The notes under the pieces: generated by a model
Told to the model about the DNA's origin: nothing
Seen by the model: only the letters and a program-made list of their open reading frames with translations
The model's database searches: none
Program-made: the position numbers and the translations under genes
NCBI GenBank assembly: GCA_050250895.1
Contig: JBFWNU010000001.1
Location: forward strand, 192,001 to 256,000
DNA from: Vulcanimicrobiota bacterium
GTDB lineage: Bacteria; Vulcanimicrobiota; Xenobia; Xenobiales; JADMJV01
Reading direction: 5' to 3'
Length of the DNA stretch: 64,000 nucleotides
Shown here: piece after piece, positions 62,916-64,000 of the stretch
Layout of the letters: every line of letters begins with the position of its first letter
Numbering within the stretch: the stretch's first letter is position 1

Positions 62916-64000
62916 TTAATCCGCGCGGCGTTGGAAGCGCAGGACGGCCAGACTGAAGAACAAGGTCATCAGAATCACCATCGGCACGATGAATCGAATC
63001 AACATCCCCAAACCTACGCCTTTCAGGATAATGCCACGCAAGATCTCGAGGAAGTAGGTCAGGGGGATGACCAGGCCCAGATAGCGAGCGGCCACCGGCA
63101 TGCCGGCCCGGGGGAACATGAATCCCGACAGCAAGATGGTGGGCAGGAAGATAAAGAAAGACATCTGCATCGCCTGCTGTTGCGAACGAGCCACGGTAGA
63201 GATCAAGAGACCCAGCCCCAGATAGCAGAAGATATAGAAGAAGGCCATCGAGTAGAGGGCCACCAGGCTGCCGCGGATGGGCACTCCGAAAACCAGCACG
63301 CCCACCAACAAGGCGATGGTGACCTGAACATAGCCCACCACCATATAGGGCACGATCTTGCCGATCATCAACTCGACCGGCCGCAGAGGGGTGGTGATGA
63401 GCTGCTCGAGGGTGCCGGTTTCGCGCTCTTTCACGATGGCCATCGAGGTAATCATCATCATCGTCATGGTCAAGATCACGCCGATCAGGCCGGGCACGAT
63501 GTAGTGCGAGGTGACCAGATCGGGATTGTACCAAGCCCGGATCTCCATCGACACCGGCATATCTGGCAGGCGATAGGCGGTCCCTGCCTCGAGATGACGA
63601 TAGAGGATGGGCAGGCTAAGATAGTTGGCCACCCCCTGAGAGTTAGACAGAGCCGAGGAGGCGATGATCGGGTCGGTGGCGTCGACCACCACCTGCACCT
63701 TAGCGGGCAAGCCGCGGCTGAGATGATTGGCATAGTCGGGGGGGATGACCAGGCCCACTTTGACCGTGCCCCGGTCGATCATGTCGGCCAGGTCCGACTC
63801 GCGTGTGACCGTGGCCACCACGTCGAAGTATTCCGAATTGGTGAAGGCTTGAATGAGTTCGCGACTGTGGCGGTCCAGGCTGCGGTCGAGCACCGCCATG
63901 GGCACGTGCTTGACGTCGGTATTGATGGCAAAGCCGAACACGGCCAATTGGATCAGGGGCAGCATCAGCATCATGGCCAGGGTCAACCGGTCCCGGCGCA
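62916..64000 (-). CDS. ABC-2 type exporter permease (YbhR/YbhS-like), 5' end outside the window
   Basis: WYNPDL, IVKERETGTLEQL and LLSGFMFP motifs. Confidence 0.93.
   Translation of the reverse strand, partial: RRDRLTLAMMLMLPLIQLAVFGFAINTDVKHVPMAVLDRSLDRHSRELIQAFTNSEYFDVVATVTRESDLADMIDRGTVKVGLVIPPDYANHLSRGLPAKVQVVVDATDPIIASSALSNSQGVANYLSLPILYRHLEAGTAYRLPDMPVSMEIRAWYNPDLVTSHYIVPGLIGVILTMTMMMITSMAIVKERETGTLEQLITTPLRPVELMIGKIVPYMVVGYVQVTIALLVGVLVFGVPIRGSLVALYSMAFFYIFCYLGLGLLISTVARSQQQAMQMSFFIFLPTILLSGFMFPRAGMPVAARYLGLVIPLTYFLEILRGIILKGVGLGMLIRFIVPMVILMTLFFSLAVLRFQRRAD

Overview
This is a GC-rich (about 65%) bacterial chromosomal window with about 60 genes. I found no rRNA, tRNA, CRISPR array or transposase. 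The style of the many orphan genes suggests a poorly sampled lineage such as Vulcanimicrobiota/Eremiobacterota, which is an inference only. Recognisable genes include a PPi-dependent phosphofructokinase, enoyl-CoA hydratase, sugar porter, MBOAT/SGNH pair, VapBC toxin-antitoxin module, two aldehyde dehydrogenases, a three-gene DAB inorganic-carbon pump and an ABC-2 permease. The main observations are: (1) six scattered promoters share an exactly spaced box, nTTnA-N6-TTTnA-N11-TAnnnT, and all lie upstream of effector-like genes with low-complexity leaders and no N-terminal Sec signal, suggesting a co-regulated secreted arsenal; (2) a second 11-bp-phased box (GCAA/GTAA) marks five other promoters; (3) an 874-aa protein carries a whole kinase domain inserted in the activation loop of another kinase, fused to a cyclase and an MshEN-like domain; (4) a pseudokinase-vWA-divergent adenylosuccinate synthetase operon sits behind a perfect sigma70 promoter with an overlapping palindromic operator; (5) two inverted mosaic repeats are built from GNA-triloop hairpins with a compensatory base change; (6) an unannotated small RNA of about 55 nt and a 38-aa small ORF are present. 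All calls come from reading the sequence by eye; no searches were run.
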